DNA from: Antedon mediterranea
Taxonomy: Eukaryota; Animalia; Echinodermata
DNA: 64,000 nucleotides
Assembly (NCBI RefSeq): GCF_964355755.1
Contig: NC_092675.1
Coordinates: 5,327,812-5,391,811 of the forward strand
Direction: 5' to 3'
Positions 25,974 to 37,814 of this stretch are shown here, one piece after another (the stretch's first letter is position 1; each line of letters begins with the position of its first letter). Under the pieces are notes generated by a model. It was given only the letters and a program-made list of their open reading frames with translations. It searched no databases and was not told where the DNA came from. Made by a program: the position numbers and the translations under genes.

Positions 25974-26292
25974 TTAAAGATGTATTGCCCTCAACAAAAC
26001 ATGAAAAATGATAAATAAAATCTATAAAAATAGGCCATTTTGCAGTTTTAATAAAGTTTTCATTTCCATAGGAAAAAACCCAACTAAAACAAGGATTTCA
26101 CGTATAAAAAGTCTAAACACACGGTTACATTTATCAGACAATTTAAAAAAATTAAAATTGCAGTTTTATTAAGTTAAATAACTTTTTTTTTAAACCAATT
26201 TTTGATCAAAATAAATAACTGTTATGTGACATTAAAATGGCATATTCAATTCAACCAAATTTTATATTTTTCAGGGGACAATATATCTTTAA
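25974..26292. mobile_element. MITE with TTAA ends (TTAAAGATGTATTGCCC...GGGGACAATATATCTTTAA)
   Basis: Clear about 18-bp terminal inverted repeats; three further degenerate copies in the window. Confidence 0.75.
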
Positions 26293-26954
26293 TAAAACTC
26301 CAATTATGGACATAAAATATGAGAGTGCAATATTGATTTACTTCGTCCACTATATTACCTTCACTCAAAGCTTAATTATAAAATTCTATATTTTATTTAG
26401 TCAAATCTTTATTGATTCCCTCATTTGGTATTCTCTGTTTCTCTGTCTATTCATAAATAGTTAATTATGATCATTATTTGTTGATCAAAAATAATTTTGA
26501 AACAATATTAAGTTATAAATGATTTATTATTTGAAAACAAAATTCTTTCCTTTTTTAATCTATAAACCACCAACAAGTTGTGAAAGTGTGCTGACATGAG
26601 AAGGTTTGATTTTACACATGCATAATTTTATGGTGCTGTTTGTACCAAGTAAATGGAATAATAACATTTTTTACCTTAAACCATAAACTTTAATGACAAG
26701 AGAAGAACATGCATTGAAAAATGGAGAGAATTTTAGGGTAAATAATGTGGTAATTTCAATGATAAAACCAGAACTTTTGAATTTTAATATGCATCTTAAA
26801 GTGTCAATTATTTTCAATCAACAATTAAGTATTTTATATAAAAAAAAGATACTTCAAGTCCTCTAGTACTTAAGTGAAGAGGATAACACACAGAATAACT
26901 TACGGTTATATGTGTTGGTATCTGGACTATTAATTATTGTGATTGGGACAGAGG

Positions 26955-27216
26955 TACAACGGTTCTCGTCAGACCACCGAAGTTAAGCAACGTTGGGCCC
27001 GGTCGTTCTGGATGGGAGACCGTCTAGAAATAGCGGCGGGTGCTGTATATACCGGAGAGTGATGGTGTAATTATAATTTCAGACTAACATGTGATAGGTT
27101 ATCAGTACCATACTAATTGCATCATTAGACAAGATGCTTTACTCTCATTGCCTTACCCATATGATCAGCAATTGCTGGATGGATCACCCTTATTAAATAT
27201 GGTAAAAAAAAAAAAA
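26955..27216 (+). mobile_element. 5S rRNA-derived SINE-like insertion (SINE3 type): 5'-truncated 5S head, CORE-like segment, poly(A) tail
   Basis: 26955-27048 aligns by eye to metazoan 5S rRNA (CGGTTCTCGTC...CACCGAAGTTAAGCAACG...GGATGGGAGACCG...GGGTGCTGTA) with indels, so it is not a functional 5S gene; non-5S body follows, then A12. Confidence 0.75.
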
Positions 27217-27578
27217 GAGGAGAAAAGTGAAATCAATAACCTTAAGGACCTATAGTTATATGTGTTGGTATCTCAGACTATTAAGTATTGTGATTGGGAC
27301 AGAGATACACACAAGCAGGAGAAAAAGAAGTGCAATCAATAATGCTGTTTGAGATTACAAGACTTTTACAAGCCTGCACTGTAAACACAATTATATAATG
27401 CTGCTGTGGCTGAAGTACTAGAGTTCACACTCTGATATACAGTAGGTCATATTCTTAAAATAGTATATTTTCTGTTATTACAGTAATTTGTTTTATGCTG
27501 ATACAGACAGAAGGTCCCAAGTAATTATCAAGTACAGGTTTGTTTGTTTGTTTTGTTTGTTTGTTTTGTTTGTTTTAT

Positions 27579-27875
27579 CTTTATACTGGGTGACCTCTTC
27601 AGTCAAAGACTGATCTCCCAGAGGGCCCAGTTGGTGATCAGTGGCTGTGATGTACTAATACACCGGGGTAACCCCCTACTCGTCTCGAAAGATGTACTAG
27701 GTTCTTTAAAGTGCACACGAGCAAGTTGTGTACACTGGACCTACGGTTTATAGTCCTTATCCGAGAAGACCCGTTCTACCACCAGAACCATGGAGTGAGT
27801 GAGCCTCGAACCCCTGCCGATGTTATGGCTACGTGATTACGGTTCCACTGTCTTAACCGCTCGGCCACTCACTCA
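27579..27875 (-). mobile_element. Deu/Nin-type tRNA SINE, copy 2
   Basis: Reverse complement of 1826-2112 with few differences; (AAAC)n tail at 27538-27578. Confidence 0.88.
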
Positions 27876-28004
27876 TTCAAGTAAGTAAGTAAGGTAAGTA
27901 TGATAATATAAGTATACCAGTGTTAACTAACTTTTTTGGGATGTACTGTAGTACATTCTACTAATGTAGGCCTATATTAAAATGGCTTTCCACTCCAAAA
28001 TCTC

Positions 28005-28180
28005 CAGGGCCGTAGCCAGCATGAGGCAAAAGAGAGACTTGCCTTGTCTGAAATGTTCACTACCCACCTCAATTCTCCAACAGAGATCAGAGTCATGTTT
28101 TATATTAATAATTATAATTAAAGCATCTTTGACTTGTCTGTTTTTGACTTGTCTGTTTTTAACCTCTCGCTACGGCCTTG
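28005..28180. mobile_element. Small hAT-like MITE (CAGGGCCGTAGC...GCTACGGCCTTG)
   Basis: 12-bp imperfect terminal inverted repeats. Confidence 0.55.
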
Positions 28181-28922
28181 GTCACTCATCACATGTAACA
28201 ACATAACTCAAGTGGTTATCGAACTTGACTATCATAAAGAAATACCTGGGTTTATCTCATGATAATAATGACTTCCTGTCTGCTTGTGTGTGAATGAGTA
28301 CCTGGTTGAAAAATACTGAGAAGGTGGGGAAAATGATCTAGCCCCCCTCCTCCACCCCCTCAAATTCCAAAGTTTAATTTGCTTCTAACATTCCCCTACA
28401 AGACTCACATTTACTTTACAACAAATAAAGTTACATGACAGTCTATGAATAAACTTTTAACCCTAATAATACTTAAACTAAAATTAATAGTAACCATTAT
28501 CAATTATAAATTCATAAAAAGGCTTATGTATTTAACTCATATTTCTTTTTATCTACACTATATTTAAACTTTTTACAATTCCACATTTTTACAATCTCAA
28601 AATATTACAATATAAATATTTATATCTTCATATACTTGTAAGTTTAATTTGTAGGAGCAATATTTTAAAATACAGGGAAACTGTGAGTACAAAAAGTAGA
28701 AGCAGACATACATCCCTCCTAACTATATCCCAACAAACAAATACTATCTAATTAGTACTAATTAATTAATTGCATCTTTTAGTCATTATTTAATAAAGAA
28801 GTCTGTGGTCAAAATAAAAATCTGTTATAAAATATTGATACATTTTTTTAAAAACATTTTCTTTTACAATAATAAGTTTTTTTTATTGTATTTTAAAAGA
28901 TAAAGGTGTCCTTAGGGAGATA

Positions 28923-29441
28923 TTAGGGACTTTACGAAACATGACGGGAAGCCATAGGATGGCCTTAACAAAGTGGGTGGAACTTAGCGTGAAATTTCAT
29001 CGTCTTAACTTTTTGAGAACGATAAAGTTGCCATTGCCAACGACTAGAAAGAATGTATCTAATTAAAACCTTAAATATACAGTTCAAATTACACTTAAAC
29101 GTGGAATTTTCAAAACTCTAAATAATATTTGAACTTCTATTTTATTTGTTTAATGAAATAACATTTTTATAGGGTTAAAATGGCTGTGTTAAAAGCGGCG
29201 TTTAAATGCGAGGCCCTAGCTAGGAAGGCTATATGCCTATATGCTGTATCACCAGAGCCAAGCGATTCAGAAGGGCCCCGCGCCACGAGAAAGGGGAGGG
29301 ATCGGAGAGATATACTGTCGATCGTCGTCTTCACGCAAGGGTGCGTAACTAATAAAACAGCTATGTTGACTGTTTATGATTTTACACTCTAGTGAACACA
29401 GGATATTCGTCGTCCTCCCATCGTGTTTCGTAAGTCCCTAA
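28923..29441. mobile_element. MITE with AGGGACTT...CGAAACA TIRs (PIF/Harbinger-like)
   Basis: TTAGGGACTTTACGAAACATGACGGGA at the left, TCCCATCGTGTTTCGTAAGTCCCTAA at the right; CpG-rich interior. Confidence 0.7.
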
Positions 29442-30155
29442 TTGTATTAACGTTAACATGGATGTTTATAACGCTTACAAATATTTTTTTTTAAAACAAA
29501 AATATCAGCAGGCTTTATGAAAGAATGTGGTGAAGCAAAACAACATACTGCAAATTTCAGTTAAAAATAATGTGAAATATAATAATTTTAATTAATTATT
29601 TACAAAATTAAATATGCAAATAATATTATTCAAATATGAAATACAATTAATAAATTGACTATAAAATTTGGAAACATACAAAATTTGGATATAAAAATTG
29701 CATAGCTATTTTTTGATGCATAGATTTCAATCCCGTAACATTTTCCATTTAAAATTCATATCAATAACGGTCAGAATTATCCTGTTACTAACTTTCCATG
29801 TCAATATAACAAAATTAAGAAACTTGAATAATATAATATTAAAACTAAACATCTATAGGCTGCCTAAGGCCTATCAATGTGCAATTTTGGATCCAGGATT
29901 AATGCAATAGTTGCAGTTCACATCCCTGGTTTGGGAGTGGGGTCCTGGGGTAGAATCATGGGCAATTAAAGTCTTCTTTTGTCTCATTACACCCTTGACC
30001 TGTCACCATGCATACAGACAGAAGTGATGAGTTAATAACAGGGTATATCAGCGAAATTACAATTTTCATTTATTCATTTGTGCCTCCATTTGAAATGAAA
30101 TTGAAATTTACGTCTCCAATACACATAACACAAAAATAACATTTATAAAATTAGG

Positions 30156-33100
30156 TCATTTTCGTTTGAAAAATTTACCAAACTTTGCCATGGGAGACTT
30201 AGCTGGTTCATTCTGTTTATTGATCTTCTTGCGCACATTCTCTCGATATTGATCATACCTATGAAGAGAAAGCCAATTATTATTATTAAACGATTGACTT
30301 GTATCAACAGATTTTAGCCAGGAAGTTCAGGATCTTTATCAGTGGCCCCCGGTATACCAATCCTAAGCCCTCCAACCCTGGGTAGTTGCTCATGCTCTGG
30401 GGCCCCTTAAGCCTTGGGGCCTCTGGGTTTAGCCAGTCAGCCACGACACTGATGATATGAGTCTTTACGCTATGTTATAAAATACACCATCTAAGTCATT
30501 GGTTTTTGTCACAGACATTTAAATATTAGTAAACAGAGTACAATAACCATCACCTCCTAAGAGAAGACCAATTGAAAAGGTAATAATAAATACTGGTTTA
30601 GTTAAATACAGTTTTTGTAGGTATAGATTTCATAAACTTTAAATCATAATAATTTAAGTTTCAACTCATTTACATATGAATTGGTGTCAATCAGTTTTAA
30701 CAGTTAGGCTCGATTGTCTACAAACTTTATGTGACAAAAACAGGGGATGTGCCCACATATATAGATATGATGATGTAATATTACTACCATATTTGAGCAT
30801 ATCACTACCATATTTGGTCACAAACTAGTTTGATAGTGTATGTAGACCTTTAAATAAGTGTCACCTGCCCTCACATTTTGTATTTGTGTCCCATGGGATT
30901 ATTCTAGATAAAGAGCTTACCTGTGCTTAATTTTCTTGACCTCATTCTCCTCTTCTTCTTCGAATTTGTTTAGAATACCTTTTAAAACCACTTCAGAGAG
31001 ATTCACATACTGCGCAACCTGACAAAACAAATCATTCAAACATGACTGTTGTAATGCAAACAAAGGGGATCTTGGTGATGTGACGAAAGGGACAAATAAT
31101 GACGTCCAAAATTAGTTGCGAGTGTACAACATTTCCTAGTCATCATATCATTCTGTTTAAAACCTATGTGAACTGTCTCTACAACTGTAAAATGATCATC
31201 ACCAAAATATATAATCTTTTATTTCTAGACTACTGCTAATAAACTTGTAACAAACAAAATTCTGTTTGAAATAAGTTTTACTTTAACTGTGAAATAACAA
31301 ATATTAGTTAATGAGAAAATTTTAGAAAGAGCCTTACTTCGGGGGAAACTTCATCACTTGAGCTGAGGATGAAAATTTTGGCCACAGTCTCATCAGGTCC
31401 TAGCTTCACCCGTTGTATCAGAGGATAGTCTGTGGGTTTTAACTCTGTTGCTTCTACAAAAACAAAAATGATGACAATTAATATTAAAAGAATATCTTAT
31501 AGATATATTTTCTTTATCTTTCCGTGCATTATTCATATTTTTTACATACAATTTTACTTTTCTTCCCAATGCTGCAGGCCTCCGAAGACTGACCTCTCTA
31601 AAGCACTTATGTCTACACTATCAAACTTTCTGTGACAAAAAATGTGATGTGCCCATATATGGACATGATGATGTCATATCACTATCATATTTAAGCATAT
31701 CACTACCATATTTGGTAAACTAGTTTTATAGTGTAGACAGAGCTTTAAGAATAATAGCAAAAAGAGAAGCTAAAAACAGAATATCAGTTGTTAAACATAC
31801 TATATGTTTAAACTTGGGATGTGTGAATATCAAGAATGGAGACACAAATGTCCATGTTGAGGCAAGTTTTTCTCTTCCGCTGACTTTTACTTTACTTTCA
31901 CTGCAAATTAACAATTGCACAACATATTTCTCTCCTTCTTTTTAAATTCATTGATTATTTTGATTTTTAAAGTACAACTTACCACCACTTTGCCGTAAAA
32001 CGTACAGATGGAAATCTGACGTTGGATCTACGATGCAAAATTTTCTTAACAGCAGATCCAATACATCAGTAGTTTGCATTAAACTTGTAATCGTTACACT
32101 TGATTGCGTTCCATACTTGGGTCTGAAAACAGCAGTCTAAAATAGACAAAATTAAATATTACTTTTGGTTTCATAAAGTCAATTAAACTAATTTAATTAA
32201 TGTACAGTATTTATATACTGTAATAAATAAATATTCACAAACAGAGTGTATGGCAGCTTCATCTGCAATGCAAGATCATGTCTAAAAAAAGGGTCAAATC
32301 TCTCTATATGAATTGTCCTCAACATACTGGCTAAACCAAGGGCCTATGGGGACCCCTGAGCAGATCCCAGGGGAAGAAAAAAAAGGCATTAAAATATGTC
32401 AGTATAATTAAAGTGCTCACTGGCTAAACCAGGGAGGTATAAAAATAATAATTATTTTTATACCTCCCTGGCTAAACTATCCTGGAGCTTATGGAGGAAG
32501 AAAATGGCATTAAAATATGTTGAAAAGGCTAAAACCGCCTGAGGCCTCCAGCGTTAAGGGCCATTCAGTATAATTCAAGATTTAACTACCAATTATTGCA
32601 ATGTCTTTCTTAATAAAACAAACCTTTCTTTTGTACATATGACCACTGAAAGAGGATGTCCTTCCACTTCTTCTCATATTCCGACGTCTTTCAACAACTT
32701 GTTGCCTTGTTTCTTTTTCATCTTCGTGATCATGTCCATTTGTTTTCTCATCCTCTCTGTTATCCGTAATTCTTCCATTCTTGTTTCTTTCTACTTCTTC
32801 ATTAAAGACCTCTAGTCCATTATCACTTGAGTCAATAATCAACGAGTTGTACATTCGTGCGTTGCGATTCGAATCAACTGCCTTTGATCTCTTACGATCA
32901 TCCAAATTATCAATTCCTGGACGAAGACTCATTCGTTTCCAACTATGATCTTCCTCCTGTTTTAAATGGATGAGTTTTTGAACACCCCAATACAAGCGAA
33001 GTACTCCACTCAAGATTTTAACTCCATTTTGCTAGAAGAAAATATAATGTTAATTTAATTAACATAATTGTATGCATTAATTTCATATCTGTTAAACTAC

Positions 33101-34483
33101 AGTATCATTGTGTTAGTACACTAGTAGTAGTCTATCAGTGTGGACATCAACAGATTACTCTTAGAAGAGATGAAAAAGAAATTTTCTAAACATTCCTATA
33201 ATTAAATGGTACAATCCACAAATCCTTCTAGATATTTCCATAAATAGTATGTTTTATTGTCTATAATACTTTCATAATCTTATTACAGTGCATCAATTCT
33301 ATGATTATTGTTGAAAGAAAACGACCCTTTGGTCGACCTTTCTGTAATTTTAGAAATCAAAAATATGTCTTTCAATTATATTTCCATTTCAAATAGAATC
33401 ATTTTTGTATAATTATCTTCAAGCATGTGAAAATGTATGCAGAAATCATTGTAAACCTCTACAGTCACTTTTCCAAAAACGCATGCCAGTCAGTATAGCG
33501 TACCATACAAGAGTAATGTGACACTTTGTATTGTAGTTTTATTTATCTGTTTTTGTATACAGTATCTCAGAGCAAACATAATTTCTATGTATATTTTATA
33601 TGCAAATGACTGTTGACAATAAATGGAAATAATTTCCCACTGATGAATGAATGCCTATAGTTTTTCTGAAAGCTTACATATACACATTTTTTTTAAAAAC
33701 AGCCAATACAGTACCTCAGTAACCGTTATACGTGAACTTGAGAGTGTGTTTGATTGGTACTGTTCATACACCTTCAGCTGAGATGCAAATATTTGACTAT
33801 AAAATGAAATAGAAAATTATATTTAAAATCACTTTATTTGATATATCAGCTACAGTTAATTGAGACTATTATTATAAATATCAGACATACTGATATTTTA
33901 TATTAAAGTCTGTCTCAAATGTGTCTTTTTTAGAGTATTCCTACTCACTAAAGATACATTCACACTTCTGCGAAACGGAACAAGTGTGAATGCAGTTTAA
34001 GGCAATACTGTATTGTACTATATAGTACATTCGTATTATTTATACTGGGTCGATGAATGAATACTTTCTTTCACCTGTAGCTTTTATTTATATAGTATTT
34101 CTTTATACTGGTTGACCTCTTTCAGTCAAAGACTGGTCTCACAGGGCCCAGTTATGATCAGTGGCTCAGTTATGATCAGTGGCTGTGATGTACTACTGTG
34201 GTAAACCGGGGTCACCCCCTTCTTGTCTCGAACGATGTACTAGGTTCTTTAAAGTGCACATGAGCAAGATGTGTACACTGGACCTATGGTTTATGATCCT
34301 TATCTGAGAAGACTCGTTCTACCACCAGAACTATAGAGCGAGTGAGCCTCGAACCCTTGCTGATGTTATGGCTACGTAATTATCGTTTGACTCGGCCACT
34401 CGTTCACTTTTTAATAGAGTTTGCAATAAAATAGGTAGTGTTATACAGTACCTGCCCACAAGGTCCTGATACCTTTGATCCAT
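30156..34483 (-). CDS. RASSF2: Ras association domain family protein, RASSF2/4/6 type (RA + SARAH), about 330 aa, 7 coding exons
   Basis: Exons 34483-34452 (MDQRYQDLVG), 33796-33715 (QIFASQLKVYEQY), 33031-32624 (LSGVLRLYWGVQKLIHL...SFSGHMYKRK), 32136-31983 (TAVFRPKYGTQSSVTITS..., RA domain), 31453-31338 (DYPLIQRVKLGPDETVAKIFI), 31018-30921 (VAQYVNLSEVVLKGILNKFEEEEENEV, SARAH), 30258-30156 (TGA). All phases fit. The symbol stands for the RASSF2/4/6 co-orthologue. Confidence 0.9.
30704..30853. mobile_element. GTCTACACTA-family MITE copy
   Basis: Family TIR remnants and internal ACTACCATATTTG repeats. Confidence 0.7.
31599..31747. mobile_element. GTCTACACTA-family MITE copy
   Basis: TGTCTACACTATCAAAC...GTTTTATAGTGTAGACAGAGCTTTA. 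Confidence 0.8.
34101..34405 (-). mobile_element. Deu/Nin-type tRNA SINE, copy 3 (more diverged, with a small internal duplication)
   Basis: Colinear with 27579-27875. Confidence 0.85.
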
Positions 34484-37182
34484 TGTTTCAATCTCTTATC
34501 ACCATGTTATAATGTGTCCATCTATAAAATAAAACATAGAGGAGCATAGTAAGATATACTTATTACAATATAATATATTGCAAAAATCTGTTATGGAATA
34601 CTGCAAATATAGGTACAGCAAGCATACACTAGAAAAAAGTCTACTTCAAGTCATGTTAATTGAAAATGTTCATCTGGTTTGGAGATACGTTTCTATTTTG
34701 TCAAAATATAATTTGTATAATAAGGTATACATGTTTATTGATTTTTTTAGACTTCTCCATTACAGGCCTATTATTATTATTATTATATTGTTATATGAGG
34801 CAATATTATACAAGGACAATGAGTCCCAAGTGCGACACTGTCATAATAAAACTTTACAATCAGTGTGAGCTCCACAACATGTTTGTTAATTCATTATACA
34901 GTAAATTACTCACAATATTGTAGATATGTACAGAAGCCTTCTAACTTCCAAAATGAACAAAGAATGAATTCATCAATTTTTTCTATATCAATGTATGATT
35001 CAAAACTGCTTTTATAACCACAACTGAGGAAGGATGTGTTGCATTGAAGTGCCATTTATAATCCCTTAACTGTGAAGTTCAGTCACCTCTGATACTTAAA
35101 AAATGTGTAGGTCTATTCATTTTGCTTCTGGTGATCTGAGTGCTTTTAAATGAAATTATTTTGTTATGCCTTTACTTACATTCAATCTAAATCTTTTTTT
35201 ATTAACTTTTTTTAATTCATTTTATACTGTAACAGAAAAATCCTTCTAATAGGAAATTTACTAGGGTAATCAAAATTTCTGAATCAGTAAATCAACTAAA
35301 CTGATTTGTCTTCTATCTTTGTATTTTTAGTTTTGTTCTACCGTAAAACAAATGATTAAATCATTTTTTTAATGTACTGTATGTATATATTATCATTTCT
35401 CTAGACTTGCCCCAAGTATGTAGTTAGTGTCTTTTTTATGTTAGTCCACCAGCAGTCGACTGTATTTCTATTTTTGTAAGTAATTGTGAGCATTATATTA
35501 TAAATATGAAACGCCATACTGTATGTGCTAAAATATTTATCATTACTAATAGTAAATACATGCTAGAACCGAATATAGTCTTGTCATTTCTCGAAAAGAA
35601 ATTTTAGGATCCTAGTGCATCCATGGAAATGAAGGACTAATACATTTGGTCATGGTAAAAATTATCTGCTGGGAAATATAACATATAACAATAATATGGC
35701 ACGGAAATAAAAACCTTGTATGGTTATACTGGTACACAAAAGCATAGGCATATATTAATTAGAGGAATATGGTACTATTTACATAACACAGCTAAAACTA
35801 TGACACAATAGTCTACTTCTAGGCCTCTTTGGACAATACTGTAAAACTTCTTGACCTTTATAATTACAAAAATAGTACTAACTATATCTACCTTGAAATA
35901 CTACTTGCCTACCGACATTAATACAGTACATCTGTATATTTCCAATGATAATTATATTTTGATTAAGGAAGTAACATAAATAATTATTACTGTTGTTGGC
36001 ACATATCATTCAATATACAAAAGATTAATTCATTTTCATTTCATTCATTTTTATGGCAAACTGGTACAATTAAAGATATTGTCATTCTTTTATTAATCAA
36101 AAATACTCTCATACTTTTGTTTTGTAAAGTTAAGGGTAGAATTGTGTTAATTCTTATTCATTATAGACTGAGACTGTATAAAAAGATACTATACAGTAGT
36201 TGGTATAGTAAGTATTGCATACAAAAGATTTGGAAAGTTAATACAATGTACAGTACAGTACCTATTCTTTTGCATACAATAGATACTTGCTTAGTTAGGG
36301 TTCAGTAAGTTCTGAATACAGCAACTTCAAAGAGGAAAATTGTATTAAATTCCCATTTACTGTATGTGTATTTCCTTAAGATAAAAAATTAAAATATCAT
36401 TACCAACTAATTTAAATCACATCCTCAGGAAACAAAATATAAAGTTATTTAGAAATTACTGAAGTAAAGTGTTTAATGCATGATTTGTACTAAAATGAAA
36501 GGAATTTAAAAATATTTTAAGCTGACATCAGCAAAAAAAAAAAATATTTAATAGTCTCCAGTAAAAGTATATTTGTAGTACAGGTACAGTAGATATATTA
36601 TCAGGATTTTGAGCCCCTTCCAGATGGTTTTGGAATTGGTACACTACACCACTTCCGTTGTGGGGGTGGGTTAAACAAAGTTCACTGATACAGTATACTA
36701 CAGTAGACATGAAATATAATAACCATATGTCCATTATTTAGTAGTTTAAGTAGGTTCAACTTCTTAAATTTCATATAGTAGTAGTCATTTAACCTATGAA
36801 AATATTAAGACAGTAGGCCTACAAATTTGTTCTACAGTACTTTAAGCATCCTGTGTTATTTTTCATCTTCATAGGATCAATTTCAGACTGAATGCGTCAA
36901 TGCTCGATGCAGTCTCCAGACAGACTCATTGAAGACAGAAGAAGAATCCTCATAAAGTATTCTAAGGTGGTAGAAGGCATCTACAATTGTTTTTATCATG
37001 TACTGTACCAAATACTAAAGAAACAAATAACTTGTACAGTACTTTACAGCATGCACTGTACCAAATACTAAAGAAACAAATAACTTGTACAGTACTTTAC
37101 AGCATTTACCGTACAGTAGATGCTAACTTAATTACGGATATTATTATTATTGGCAGCCAATATAAAAAACCATTAACATTGG

Positions 37183-37495
37183 TGAGGGCGTGTGGCGCAG
37201 TGTGTTGGACGTTGGACTACTGATTGTGAGACCGAGGTTCAAATCTAAACTCTCGCCGCATTGCTTGTATCTGTAGGCAAGATACTTTACTTACGTTTGG
37301 TTGCCTGTCTCCACCCAGGTGTATAAATGGGTACCCGGTTAGATTAAGACACAACTTTGCACTGATAACTAGCTGCGTATGTTTCCATACGTGTTTGATA
37401 CAAAAAAATGACCAGGGTAAAAATGAGGGGTAATAATGTTCAGTGCTTAGAGGTTTCACAACATTAGGCGCTATATAAATCCAGGATATTATTAT
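37183..37495 (+). mobile_element. CORE-like tRNA SINE, copy 2
   Basis: Colinear with 21648-21930. Confidence 0.85.
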
Positions 37496-37612
37496 TCAAC
37501 TAATGTATTGAAATAGTATAAAATAATATATATAAACAAAAATATAAATTTTTTTTTAAATTATTGATCTGTTAAGAGAATAGGGAGTAAGACTACACAT
37601 TTGATTTAACAA

Positions 37613-37814
37613 CAGGCCTTGTCTTTTAAGGCGAGTGAGTGCGATCACTCGCCTAACACACTCCTAAACTGCTCTTGAGGAGTGCGATTTACAACACGCC
37701 TAAATTTGGTAAACTTCTACACATCAAAATACAAACAGCACACCTACAGCACCCCTGAATGTATTGAGGAGTGCAATTTGTAGCACACCTATAATTTTTA
37801 AAAGACAAAGCCTG
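37613..37814. mobile_element. hAT-like MITE (CAGGCCTTGTCTTTTAA...TTAAAAGACAAAGCCTG)
   Basis: 17-bp TIR with one mismatch; TAACAA on both flanks as a partial target-site duplication. Confidence 0.7.

Noticed and set aside
26955-27048. Functional 5S rRNA gene
   Set aside because: 5' end missing, indels in the internal promoter, no T-run terminator, and it continues into a SINE-like body.
37000-37103. 58-bp local tandem duplication (also short duplications near 13530-13640 and 32325-32520)
   Set aside because: Ordinary slippage-type intronic duplications with no further structure.
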